Shown here piece after piece: positions 1 through 9,747 of a stretch of 64,000 nt of DNA. The DNA is from an uncultured virus (IMG/VR IMGVR_UViG_3300021964_000019) (Duplodnaviria; Heunggongvirae; Uroviricota; Caudoviricetes), in IMG/VR virus record IMGVR_UViG_3300021964_000019. One strand, 5' to 3'. The translations under genes and the position numbers were made by a program. The notes beneath the pieces are model-generated. The model was given only the letters and a program-made list of their open reading frames with translations. It did no database searches and had not been told where the DNA came from. Every line of letters starts with the position of its first letter. Position 1 is the first letter of the stretch.

Positions 1-3000
1 ATTAGCAGGACTTGAAGAAGCTGCTGATTATGCTGACTTAGTTAATACAGCTATAAAATCTGTATCAACTACTACTGTAGATAATATAGAAATTATGAAT
101 GAGTGGGAAGCTATGCTTTTAAAAACAGTAGCTGTTCCTGTTGATGAACAAATAAAAGAATTAACAGGTCGCATGAGACAGCTTAGAGAAGAGATGGATA
201 CTGGTACAGGGGATATAGCTAAACAAACTCTAGCTTATAATGCTTTAAAAGATGCTCTAAAAATTGTATCATCTGGTTTAGGAGAATTTAGTTTTCAAAT
301 ATCTAGAGGAGCAGAAAACACTGGGTTATCAGAAAAAGCTTTCGCTGCTGCTATTATAAAAATAAAAGACGCTGGTAGATTGTCTAGAGAGGCTTCTGGA
401 GAAATTCTAATATTAGGTGAATCAATAGGACAGGTTGGACAAGACGGAGTAGCTAGATTTACAGAATTTGGTGAAGTAGTATTCGATTCTGAAGCTAAAC
501 TAGCGAATCTTAAAACTACTTATGATGATGCCTTTAATGCAGGAACTATTACTGCTGAGAAATCAGCAAAAACTCTTTTAGGATATAAAAATATATTAAA
601 AGAATTAGAAGAAGCTCAAAAAGCTGCTGGTGGACAAAATAAAGCATTAGCAGAAAGTATTCTATTTTTAACTTATAGAATACAAACACAAAGTAAAGAA
701 ACTGAGAAACTATTAGCAGCGGAAAAAAACTTAAAAACATTTAGAGAATCTTTTTCTAAAGAAATTAGAGCAGTCGATACTGCTATTGCTCAAGGTGTTT
801 TAGGAATAGACGGTTCTCTAGCTAAAAATGCCGCAGAACAACAGGCTAATAGAGTTAAGTACTTACAACAAACTATTGATGCTTTTAATACTTTAAATGA
901 TGAACAGAAAAAAGGTAAAAATTTAAATGGCGATACAGTTAATATTTATCAGGCTGGTATTGCAGCCCTTAAAGCTCAAGCAGGTATTATTATTCAATTA
1001 CCTGCAAAACTAGAAAAGATTAGACTAATAGAAGAAAAAAGAGCTATACAGATGAAACAACAGATTGACGCTCTAAAACTTCAAAACAAATTAATTGCTG
1101 TAAATGCGCTTGTATCTCAAAATAAACTTGAAAAAGAATTATTAGATGTAAGAATTCAGCGTATTAATAGAGAAAAAATTTCTTTAGAGCTACAAAAAGC
1201 AAGAAATCAAGCAGGAGTAAAAGAGTTAGAACAGTATAAAAATTTACTACAACTTGACCAAGAAAGAGAGTCTTTGCAAAGTAAGCTAGCAAGAGCACAG
1301 CTAGAGGGTACACAAATTACTAGCGAATTAGATGATCAAAAAGCGCTTTTAAATGCTAGAATAGAAGTTGAAAAGGCTGCTACTTCTACTTCTCAAAATC
1401 AGTTTAATGCTAGAATGAAACTATTAGAGGTAGAAAATCAAAATAATCTTAATGATATTGAAAGAAGACGTGCTATTGCTCAGTTTGAGTATGATGTGAA
1501 AAAAGTTGAACTCAGTAATCGAATGGAAATGTTACAAGCAGAAAAAGACATTAATGATGAAAAAATTGCAGCATTGAGAAAAGAAAATAATTTTGAATAT
1601 AATAAAATAATTCTTCCTTTACAAGAACTAGAAGATAAGAAAAGAGCAAACGAAAGAAGGGCTCTTGAATTGCAAATAAGTGTATTAAATACTCAAGAAA
1701 AAATCAACCTTGCTAAAATCGAAGCAGATAAAGATAACAGATTAGCAGAACTAAAATTAGTTGAGGCAAACTATTCTTTACTAAAAGGAGAAATAGAATT
1801 AGCAAAAAGCTACTTAGAAGGTAGAAAAAAATTAATTGAAGCTGAGTCAGATATAATTAATGGACTTTTAAAAGCTATCGGTATAATAAAAGAAGTTGAA
1901 CTTCCAGACATAGGTAAAATCAGTCTTGATATTGGAGGACAAAGTTTAGATGAGTATATTAAAGATGCTAAAGACGGTATTATGGATACTTATAAACTTC
2001 AAGTTAAAAACTCAAAAGCTCAAAGCGAAATTACTAGAGATGAGTTAAATAAAAAAATATCTTTATATGATGAGGTAACTGCATTAATTGAAAAAGAAAG
2101 AGACTTACAAAACCAACTAAGATCAGAAAAAAATCAAGCTGCAATAAATGATATTAAAAATGCTAATGATCTTATTGTAAAAAAATTAGCTAATATAGCA
2201 ATTGAACAAGATATAGAAAAACAACTGTTTGATAATATTATCAAGAACCTTGATAAAGAGGCAGCTCTTGAATTATTAAATCACGAAGAAAAAGTTCGTC
2301 AGTTAAAAGAAGAGTTTGATTTAATTACTAACATTGCTAATGATTTGAAGTCTAGTATTTCTGGTACTTTAACTGGTTCAGTAAATGATTTCTTTAAAGC
2401 TATTAATGAAGGTACTCTTACCACAAAAACATTCAGAGAAGGAGTGAAAACTTTATTTGTTAATCTTCTTTTAGATATTCAACAAGCCTTTATTGACAAT
2501 CTAATCAATGAACCAATCAAAGATTTAGTCATTTCTTATGTTGATAAAGCAAAAGACAAGTTTACTACAGCTTTGATAAAATCTAAATCAGAAGATGGTT
2601 CAGCTACTAAAACACAAGCTCTTCAATCAGGTGCTGCTGGTGATGGGCAGAGAGGTGTTAAAGAGATTGGAGCAGAAATTAATTCAGGAGTTTCAGGAAT
2701 TATGGAAAATGTAAAAGGCACTACCATTGCTGCTTTTGCAGGTGTGCTCGCTGCTACAGGCGACTTTAAAAAGGCTATTATTGCAGCATTTCTTGAAATG
2801 TTTATTCGTATTATGGCACAAAAGGCTGCAGCATCATTTGGTTTTGCTGGTGGTGGTAAAGTAGATCCTTATGGTGGTATTATGCGTTTTGCAAAAGGAG
2901 GACCTGTAAATACTCTTCGCGACAGAGTTCCTGCTTTGTTAGAACCAGGCGAGTTTGTGATTCGTAAGCCAGCTGCAAAAGCTATTGGAGGTTCTGCCCT

Positions 3001-3193
3001 TAATCAGTTAAATGCAACAGGTAAAATGAACGGACAAACTCCTCCAGTTACAGTCAATGTACAAAATAATGGCACTGCACAACAGGTTGAATCTTCAACA
3101 GTCAGAAATGATATGGGACAACTTATTATTGATCTTGTAGTAAAAGATATTGAAAACAACGGTAAAGTAAGAAAAGCGATGAGAGGTAGATAA
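1..3193 (+). CDS. Tail tape measure protein (5'-truncated by window edge)
   Basis: Frame is open from base 2 through the ATG at 95; long coiled-coil; C-terminal FAGGG...FAKGG...DRVPALLEPGEFVIRK motif typical of siphovirus TMPs; precedes tail tip genes. Confidence 0.88.
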   Translation, partial: LAGLEEAADYADLVNTAIKSVSTTTVDNIEIMNEWEAMLLKTVAVPVDEQIKELTGRMRQLREEMDTGTGDIAKQTLAYNALKDALKIVSSGLGEFSFQISRGAENTGLSEKAFAAAIIKIKDAGRLSREASGEILILGESIGQVGQDGVARFTEFGEVVFDSEAKLANLKTTYDDAFNAGTITAEKSAKTLLGYKNILKELEEAQKAAGGQNKALAESILFLTYRIQTQSKETEKLLAAEKNLKTFRESFSKEIRAVDTAIAQGVLGIDGSLAKNAAEQQANRVKYLQQTIDAFNTLNDEQKKGKNLNGDTVNIYQAGIAALKAQAGIIIQLPAKLEKIRLIEEKRAIQMKQQIDALKLQNKLIAVNALVSQNKLEKELLDVRIQRINREKISLELQKARNQAGVKELEQYKNLLQLDQERESLQSKLARAQLEGTQITSELDDQKALLNARIEVEKAATSTSQNQFNARMKLLEVENQNNLNDIERRRAIAQFEYDVKKVELSNRMEMLQAEKDINDEKIAALRKENNFEYNKIILPLQELEDKKRANERRALELQISVLNTQEKINLAKIEADKDNRLAELKLVEANYSLLKGEIELAKSYLEGRKKLIEAESDIINGLLKAIGIIKEVELPDIGKISLDIGGQSLDEYIKDAKDGIMDTYKLQVKNSKAQSEITRDELNKKISLYDEVTALIEKERDLQNQLRSEKNQAAINDIKNANDLIVKKLANIAIEQDIEKQLFDNIIKNLDKEAALELLNHEEKVRQLKEEFDLITNIANDLKSSISGTLTGSVNDFFKAINEGTLTTKTFREGVKTLFVNLLLDIQQAFIDNLINEPIKDLVISYVDKAKDKFTTALIKSKSEDGSATKTQALQSGAAGDGQRGVKEIGAEINSGVSGIMENVKGTTIAAFAGVLAATGDFKKAIIAAFLEMFIRIMAQKAAASFGFAGGGKVDPYGGIMRFAKGGPVNTLRDRVPALLEPGEFVIRKPAAKAIGGSALNQLNATGKMNGQTPPVTVNVQNNGTAQQVESSTVRNDMGQLIIDLVVKDIENNGKVRKAMRGR

Positions 3194-4203
3194 TGGCAAC
3201 AGCAAGATATCCAAACGATGCAACATTTAATCCTCTATTAATCCCTGCTTTATCTAGAATAAACTATACAGGTACAAGTACTCAAACAGCATTTAATTTA
3301 TCAGAACCTGCTGAAAAAGTTGGCGAAGTTGTTGCTGTTGTTGAGGGTGTGCCTCAGTCTACTAGTGCTTACTCTTTAAGTAATACTAATACTTTAAATA
3401 CAAGTTTAAAAAATACAATCGTATTCGATGACGCTCCTGGTTTAGGTCTTAATGTAGAATTACGTGTTATTAGAATTCCTCCCTCATTTGAGATACTTCG
3501 TGCTTTCCCCGATGTTAAAACTATTACATACTCTGGAGCAAATGTTACAGTATCTAGTAATAGTTTTGCAATTGATGGCAATCAACTTCATTTTGCTCTT
3601 CCAGAAAACAGTAAAATAGATGTAAAAGATGATATTCTTGTATCAATAGACGGTGTTACTCAAAATGCTTCAGAATTTACGTACCCATCCTCAACACTAG
3701 GATCACAAGGAATAAATATTGGCTCAGACACAGCTGCTACAATTCCTTTATCTAATACAACAGCTGATCCTACCGGCGGTGTTAATACTCTGTCTCTTAC
3801 AACTTTCAATAAAGAGAAGGTAATTTCTCGTTTAGATTCAATGGCAGATAAAAAACCTGATCGCTCAGGAATTCAATTCTCAGAAGAATATAACTATAAA
3901 ACAGCTGAATTTCAGGCAGGATACGAAAAAAGAAGACTTATAAGTAGAAGACCAAAGAGAAAGTTTTCTATAGAGTATACTAATGTCACAGGAATTGTTA
4001 AATCCGCTATTGAAGAATTCTATCGTGCTAGATCAGGTGGTTTTGAAGCATTTTTATTTGAACTAACACATATTAATGAGCCAGGAACTATTACAGTTCG
4101 TTTTGATAGCAATTTAGATATTAGACAAGTTCTCTCTGCTGGTACAAATCCTATTGATAATTTTTATTCTGTTGGTTTTGATTTAGTAGAGGTATTTGAT
4201 TAA
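3193..4203 (+). CDS. Distal tail (Dit / lambda gpM-like) protein with two N-terminal beta-sandwich repeats
   Basis: Follows TMP (TAATG overlap); C-terminal EFQAGYEKRR...IEEFYRARSGGFEAFLF is gpM-like; N-terminal repeats F.L......V.V.V[DE]GV.Q. Confidence 0.65.
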   Translation: MATARYPNDATFNPLLIPALSRINYTGTSTQTAFNLSEPAEKVGEVVAVVEGVPQSTSAYSLSNTNTLNTSLKNTIVFDDAPGLGLNVELRVIRIPPSFEILRAFPDVKTITYSGANVTVSSNSFAIDGNQLHFALPENSKIDVKDDILVSIDGVTQNASEFTYPSSTLGSQGINIGSDTAATIPLSNTTADPTGGVNTLSLTTFNKEKVISRLDSMADKKPDRSGIQFSEEYNYKTAEFQAGYEKRRLISRRPKRKFSIEYTNVTGIVKSAIEEFYRARSGGFEAFLFELTHINEPGTITVRFDSNLDIRQVLSAGTNPIDNFYSVGFDLVEVFD

Positions 4204-5720
4204 TGTCTAGTCGTGCTTATGATTACACCTTAACTTTATCAGGCGGTAATCTAAACAGTTATTTTAAAGATAATGTAATAGTTGGAAGTTCTTCTTCTAC
4301 TGAAGCCCGTATTGTAAATGTAGATAGAGCAAATAGTCAAGTAAAAGTAAAACTAGCTAATTCTTATTATGCTTTTGAAGCAGGAGAAAGTGTTAGTATT
4401 CAGTCGGTATCTACCACTGGAGGTAATACAACTCTTGACTTTGGTAATTTAACTTTTACTCCAACTAAATACAGTACAACAAGCGGAACCTCTACTAGAA
4501 GTATAACAGATGTTACTCTTGGTGGTTTTACCTCTTTTAAAAATGCTGTAGAACAGTCACCTATAGTTAGACTAATATCTATCTATTATTCTGGAGAATT
4601 CTATCCCCCTAATAAATATGGTAATCCTTCAAATGCCGGAGAAGGATTAGCTTGGCCTGTAGGATTTCCTTATCATTTTGCATCTATAAACGGTGATTTC
4701 TTATCAGACATTGAATATCGTTCTTTTCATGATGGAAAAGAATATTTAGTTTATCCAATAGAGTTTGGCGGTACAGAAATAGGCTCTGATGGAATGGTAA
4801 ATCAAACTACAGTAAATATTTCAAATTTTGACAATCTCATAGCATCAATTGTAGAAGATCCTTATATTGCTGGTAACAATACAAGTAATTCTGTATATGC
4901 TACAGTAAATGGACAACTAGTTTCTAATATTGATCCTAGAACTGTTCCAACTCATACAGACTATAATCAAACTGTTGTGGATGGAGTGTACGGCGGTACT
5001 ATCAATTCAGCGTTTACTTATGGACAAACACAAGCAGTTGGAGGAACTTGGAAACAACTAAAGCAAGACTCTAGAGACTTATTAGGGGCTGTTGTTGAGG
5101 TAAAAACTACTTTTGCTTCTTGTTTAGACTATTGGCCTGAGTATAGTACTGTAAGAGAAACACGTGCTAATGTAGTAGAGATGTATTCTTCTTTACCTTA
5201 TAGAGTAGGTGATAATGTTATAGTTGCGGGTAGTACTACAAAACATTCTATTGTTAAAGAAGTAAGAGGTAACTTTTTACAACTTGAAAATGCAATAGAT
5301 ACTGTTATTGGTGATAGAGTTTATATTGTTAATCCAGATAGAGATAGTCAAGCATATGTAGAAGACGTATTCAAAATAGAAACATTAACTGGTTTGAATG
5401 AAAAAGCTGCATCTTTTAGTTTAACTAATTGGTTAGAGTATTTTAAATTTGTTTTACCAAGAAGAAAATACTATAAAAATACTTGTCAATGGATCTATAA
5501 AGGAGAAGAATGTCAGTATCCTGCCGATGGGACAGGACAAATAGCAGGTTATCCAACTGGAAAAACAAAAACTGCTAATGGATTTTTTACTATTAATAAC
5601 GCAACTACTAGCGAACAATCAGAAGATGTTTGCGCTAAAAACTATGAGGCTTGTAGTTTAAGAAATAATCAGATACATTTTGGGGGGTTTATTGGAACAG
5701 GGAGAACATTACCGAAGTAA
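4203..5720 (+). CDS. Minor tail protein L-like (tail tip hub)
   Basis: C-terminal four-Cys pattern CQWIYKGEECQY...DVCAKNYEACSLR...FGGF as in lambda gpL. Confidence 0.8.
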   Translation: MSSRAYDYTLTLSGGNLNSYFKDNVIVGSSSSTEARIVNVDRANSQVKVKLANSYYAFEAGESVSIQSVSTTGGNTTLDFGNLTFTPTKYSTTSGTSTRSITDVTLGGFTSFKNAVEQSPIVRLISIYYSGEFYPPNKYGNPSNAGEGLAWPVGFPYHFASINGDFLSDIEYRSFHDGKEYLVYPIEFGGTEIGSDGMVNQTTVNISNFDNLIASIVEDPYIAGNNTSNSVYATVNGQLVSNIDPRTVPTHTDYNQTVVDGVYGGTINSAFTYGQTQAVGGTWKQLKQDSRDLLGAVVEVKTTFASCLDYWPEYSTVRETRANVVEMYSSLPYRVGDNVIVAGSTTKHSIVKEVRGNFLQLENAIDTVIGDRVYIVNPDRDSQAYVEDVFKIETLTGLNEKAASFSLTNWLEYFKFVLPRRKYYKNTCQWIYKGEECQYPADGTGQIAGYPTGKTKTANGFFTINNATTSEQSEDVCAKNYEACSLRNNQIHFGGFIGTGRTLPK

Positions 5721-5742
5721 GTATGAAAATGCTTTACAAACA

Positions 5743-6177
5743 ATGCCTACATGGATTACAAGATATTTAGATATTCCATATAGACATTTAGGTGCTAGTA
5801 TAGAAAAAGGGATAGATTGTGGTAATTTATGTGCTACCGTAATTAAAGAGCAAACAGGAGAAGATGTTGGCTATAAAACTTCTGACTTTTGTGATATTGT
5901 AGACGAAGATTGGTACAAGAAAACTCATCAACATATTTTTGATGAGTTTTTTAAAAATGAAAAGTATGGTATGATTGAGGTTGACAATTTACAACCATTT
6001 GATATAATAATAATGAGTATAGGAAGTACAAATATATCAAATCATTGTTCGCTTTATATAGGTAACGGCAAGATGCTTCAAACAATGATTAATCATAATT
6101 CTTGGATAGCACCATACGGTAAATGGTATCAAAGATATACGACAGGTAAGTTTAGATGGAAAAACTTCAACTTTTAA
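5743..6177 (+). CDS. NlpC/P60 family tail-associated protein (start uncertain, frame open from 5680)
   Basis: YLDIPYRHLG...GIDCGNL...NHCSLYIGNGKMLQ, catalytic Cys and His present. Confidence 0.85.
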   Translation: MPTWITRYLDIPYRHLGASIEKGIDCGNLCATVIKEQTGEDVGYKTSDFCDIVDEDWYKKTHQHIFDEFFKNEKYGMIEVDNLQPFDIIIMSIGSTNISNHCSLYIGNGKMLQTMINHNSWIAPYGKWYQRYTTGKFRWKNFNF

Positions 6178-6521
6178 AAGAACAGTTTAAAAAACATGCT
6201 GCAAAAGAATATCCAAATGAGTGTTGTGGTATTATAACAAAGAGCTTTGACTATATTCCTTGTAAGAACTTGAGTCGTGATCCTATAAATAGTTTTGTTT
6301 TAGACCCAATGGCATTAGTTCGTTACGAAGATGATTGTTGGGGGGTATTTCACTCTCATCCAGATGATGAACCTACTCCTTCTGTTTTAGACGGACATAA
6401 GATAGCTAATGAGGAGTATAACTATTTAGTTGGTTGGGAAGATGATATATATCTATATTGGTTCGATAAAGATCTACAAAGCACAAGATTTAAACCTTTA
6501 GAAGAAGAGATGTTAAGATGA
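6156..6521 (+). CDS. JAB/MPN metallopeptidase (gpK N-domain-like)
   Basis: EYPNECCG and VFHSHP...PSVLD JAMM motif. Confidence 0.88.
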   Translation: MEKLQLLKEQFKKHAAKEYPNECCGIITKSFDYIPCKNLSRDPINSFVLDPMALVRYEDDCWGVFHSHPDDEPTPSVLDGHKIANEEYNYLVGWEDDIYLYWFDKDLQSTRFKPLEEEMLR

Positions 6522-7198
6522 AAGTAACTATATCATTTCATAAAAGCTTATTATCTTATACAAATGATACGCGAGAAGTAACATTTGATGTAGTTACTTA
6601 TTCTCAACTTATTTCTGCACTTGAAGCATCTTTTCCTAAGTTAAGAAAAGTAATAAAACAAATTAAAAACTCTAAGAATACTGATAATTTTGGTCTAATA
6701 GATTTAGTTTCTGAAAAAGTTTTAACTTCTTTAGATTACTTTAGAAAGAAAGTCTCATCTAATAGATTGTTTTTGGTTCCTCTTGTAGCAGGATCAAAAA
6801 ATCAAAACTTAACTACCGCTTTAATTGGTATAGCTTTAATTACAGTTGCTATAATGAATCCAGCATTTGCAGCACCATTATTAGAAATGGCAGTAGGTGC
6901 TACAACAGTAGGTGGTATGGTATTTGGAGCAGGTGTTAGTATGTTAATTGGAGCAGTAGTTGCTGAAATTATGAAACCACCTAAACCAGACAATACTCCT
7001 GATGGCCCTGTAAGAGAAAATGATCAATTTGGATCTTTACAACACACCACTGCCTCTGGTACTACTATTCCATTAGTTTATGGCAGACACAGAGTAGCAG
7101 GTCAATTTTTAAGTGGAGAAATTAGAACACTTGAAAAGTCTCCTGATAAATCTTCAGCAGATATATTAAAAGAACTATTTGAAGGTAAGGTGCTATGA
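6518..7198 (+). CDS. Tail assembly protein I (ubiquitin-like N-domain)
   Basis: LVPLVAGS end of Ubl domain, hydrophobic Gly/Ala segment, GTTIPLVYGRHRVAG motif. Confidence 0.82.
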   Translation: MKVTISFHKSLLSYTNDTREVTFDVVTYSQLISALEASFPKLRKVIKQIKNSKNTDNFGLIDLVSEKVLTSLDYFRKKVSSNRLFLVPLVAGSKNQNLTTALIGIALITVAIMNPAFAAPLLEMAVGATTVGGMVFGAGVSMLIGAVVAEIMKPPKPDNTPDGPVRENDQFGSLQHTTASGTTIPLVYGRHRVAGQFLSGEIRTLEKSPDKSSADILKELFEGKVL

Positions 7199-9747
7199 AG
7201 ATTTATGAAGTAAGCGGTTATAAAGGAGGAAAGGGTGGTGGAGGCGGAGCCACTGAGGTAGATAATAATCTATTCTCTCAAGATATCATGCTTATGACAG
7301 CAGGATTAAGTGAAGGGCCTATATATAGAATTAACCCTAACAGTATTTTTGATATTGAAATAAACGAATCAGTAGTTGATGCCTTCATTGATTTTGATTC
7401 AGGTAATCAGAAAACAGAGGATTTTGTCACAGATTCTCGTGTAGGTACTGTAAATCAAACAGCAATTCCACTATTTGGAGAAGAAACTACTCAACCACAG
7501 AACTTTGCCTCTGCTGTATTATTAAAAAAAGGTAATCTTGATGGAGTGCCTGCAACTAAAGTAGAATTACAAGAAACTTCAGCTTTTGCATGGGATTCAC
7601 TTCGTTTTAAATTTGTATTAAATGCTTTATCTAATATGGATGAAAAAGGTAATGTTAAAAATCATTCTGTTAGTATTCGTATAACAGTATTTAAAAGCGA
7701 TGGAGTAACTCTTGCGGCGGATCCAGTAGATAGAACTATTAGAGGAAAAACAAACACTCCATATAAGTTTGATGTAGAAGTTACGATTCAAAACTATGAT
7801 ACTGGAGGGTATAAGTTTACTATTGAAAAAACCAGCAATGATAGTGAAAGCTCTCGTATAGTAGACGGTATTTCAGCTGTAGCTTGGTTAGAGATTGATC
7901 ACGATCCTGTAGCCTATCCAAGAACAGCTGTAATCGGATATTCACTTGCAGCCCATAATGAATATCAAGGAGCGGTGCCTCGTTTTACTTCTATAGTTAA
8001 GGGGTTGTTGGTTAAGGTTCCTTCAAACTATGATCAACCTATTTTACAAAATGGAGAAATCGATTGGAGAGAGATTGAAACTCCTGCTTCAGGGCAATAT
8101 AGTTATGGGATAACAGGTTATAGACAAACTAGTACAGATAGTACAGTAAAATATTCCCAACCTACAATATACAGAGGAGTATGGGACGGTACTTTTAGAT
8201 ACTCATGGACACAGAATCCTGTTTGGATTATCTATGATTTATTAACTAATGATACTTATGGATTAGGTATTAATGAAGAAAACATAGATAAGTATAAATT
8301 TTACGAAGTAGCACAATACTGTGACGCTTGTGATCCTATAACAGGAAAATTTGTTGGAGTTACTGGTAAAGCAGATGGCAGCTATAGATATAAACCAAGA
8401 ACCTACTATGCTAGCCCAAGACAAACACTAGAAGGACTGCCTGTAGGAACTGATGTAAAAGAAAGAAGATTTATTTTAGATGCTATTATTTCTAATAGTG
8501 GAAAAGCTTTTGATATATTAGAACAAGTTTGTGCAACAATGAGAGCCATTTTAATATATACTCCAAATGGTTTATCTATGAATATTGATATGCCTAATGA
8601 AGTACCTTCAATGATATTTAATGAGGCTAATATTCTAAAAGAGTCATTTACTATTAGCGGCACAAGCGAATCTGCACAAATAACAGGAGTTGATGTAACC
8701 TTTATAGAGCCTAATAATCATTATAATAGAGAAACAATGAGAATTGATGATGATAAAGCTCTTCGTGAAAGAAATATGATTGAAAATGTTTCTTCTGTAG
8801 ATTTGTTTGGAGTTACTCGCAGAAGTCAAGCTATTCGTTTTGCACAATACTTACTAGCATCTAATAAGTATTTAAGAAGAAATATTACTTTTGGTACAGA
8901 TATTTCTGCTATAGATTTAATTCCAGGAGATATTATTGCTGTTCAACAAAAACAAACAGGAACTTCTTGGGGTTATGGTGGTAAGGTAAGAGCTAATACT
9001 TCATTATCAACATCAAATGTATATATTGAACACTTTTCAAGCCCTGCTATTACAAATAACACTATTACAGCTAATACACTGCCTTTGGCACTTAGAATTA
9101 CAAAACAAAACTCGGATCGTACTGATTTATATATCTTATCTAATACAAACTTTCAATCTGGTACAACTACTTATGTTAAAAATATACATAAAGGAACTTA
9201 TGCAAACGGTCAAAATTATCAAACAACTGAAGTAGCAAATCAAAATGTAAGTTCTGGATTAGACTTTATAGATTTTGTAGCAACTAGTAAGTTTGATTTA
9301 TCTACTAAAACGTTTCAATCTTTTTCTGGTTTTGATGCTAATACTGCTCCTGTAAAAGGAGATGTTTGGACACTAGGAGAGACTAATCCTTCTGATTTCT
9401 ACTCTAATACTTCAGATAAATTATTTAAGATTACTGAAATTAAAAGAGATGGCGAAGAAGTAATTAAAATCAGTGCGATGGAATATATATCAAATGTATA
9501 TACGGATTCTGAAACGGAAATAGCCTATCTTCCTGTACAGTATAAGCCTACATTTAGTCCTCTTAAACCTCCTGTAGCACCAAATTTAAATACAGAGTTA
9601 GTTGTGAGAAAAAATGAAGATGGCACTGTAAGATATGATTTATTAGTGTCAGACGCTACTAACTTAACCGATTATCCAATTCATGTAGCTACAGAATATC
9701 AAATAGCTAGACCAGATGGATTTTCTGAAATAGAGGGCTTAACTTAA
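7195..9747 (+). CDS. Tail tip / host specificity protein J, N-terminal part
   Basis: KGGKGGGG start, LSEGPI, AYPRTA, VKVPSNYD, WDGTF...WTQNPVWIIYDLLTN..YGLG, AQYCD, GVTRRSQAIR motifs of gpJ. Confidence 0.9.
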   Translation: MKIYEVSGYKGGKGGGGGATEVDNNLFSQDIMLMTAGLSEGPIYRINPNSIFDIEINESVVDAFIDFDSGNQKTEDFVTDSRVGTVNQTAIPLFGEETTQPQNFASAVLLKKGNLDGVPATKVELQETSAFAWDSLRFKFVLNALSNMDEKGNVKNHSVSIRITVFKSDGVTLAADPVDRTIRGKTNTPYKFDVEVTIQNYDTGGYKFTIEKTSNDSESSRIVDGISAVAWLEIDHDPVAYPRTAVIGYSLAAHNEYQGAVPRFTSIVKGLLVKVPSNYDQPILQNGEIDWREIETPASGQYSYGITGYRQTSTDSTVKYSQPTIYRGVWDGTFRYSWTQNPVWIIYDLLTNDTYGLGINEENIDKYKFYEVAQYCDACDPITGKFVGVTGKADGSYRYKPRTYYASPRQTLEGLPVGTDVKERRFILDAIISNSGKAFDILEQVCATMRAILIYTPNGLSMNIDMPNEVPSMIFNEANILKESFTISGTSESAQITGVDVTFIEPNNHYNRETMRIDDDKALRERNMIENVSSVDLFGVTRRSQAIRFAQYLLASNKYLRRNITFGTDISAIDLIPGDIIAVQQKQTGTSWGYGGKVRANTSLSTSNVYIEHFSSPAITNNTITANTLPLALRITKQNSDRTDLYILSNTNFQSGTTTYVKNIHKGTYANGQNYQTTEVANQNVSSGLDFIDFVATSKFDLSTKTFQSFSGFDANTAPVKGDVWTLGETNPSDFYSNTSDKLFKITEIKRDGEEVIKISAMEYISNVYTDSETEIAYLPVQYKPTFSPLKPPVAPNLNTELVVRKNEDGTVRYDLLVSDATNLTDYPIHVATEYQIARPDGFSEIEGLT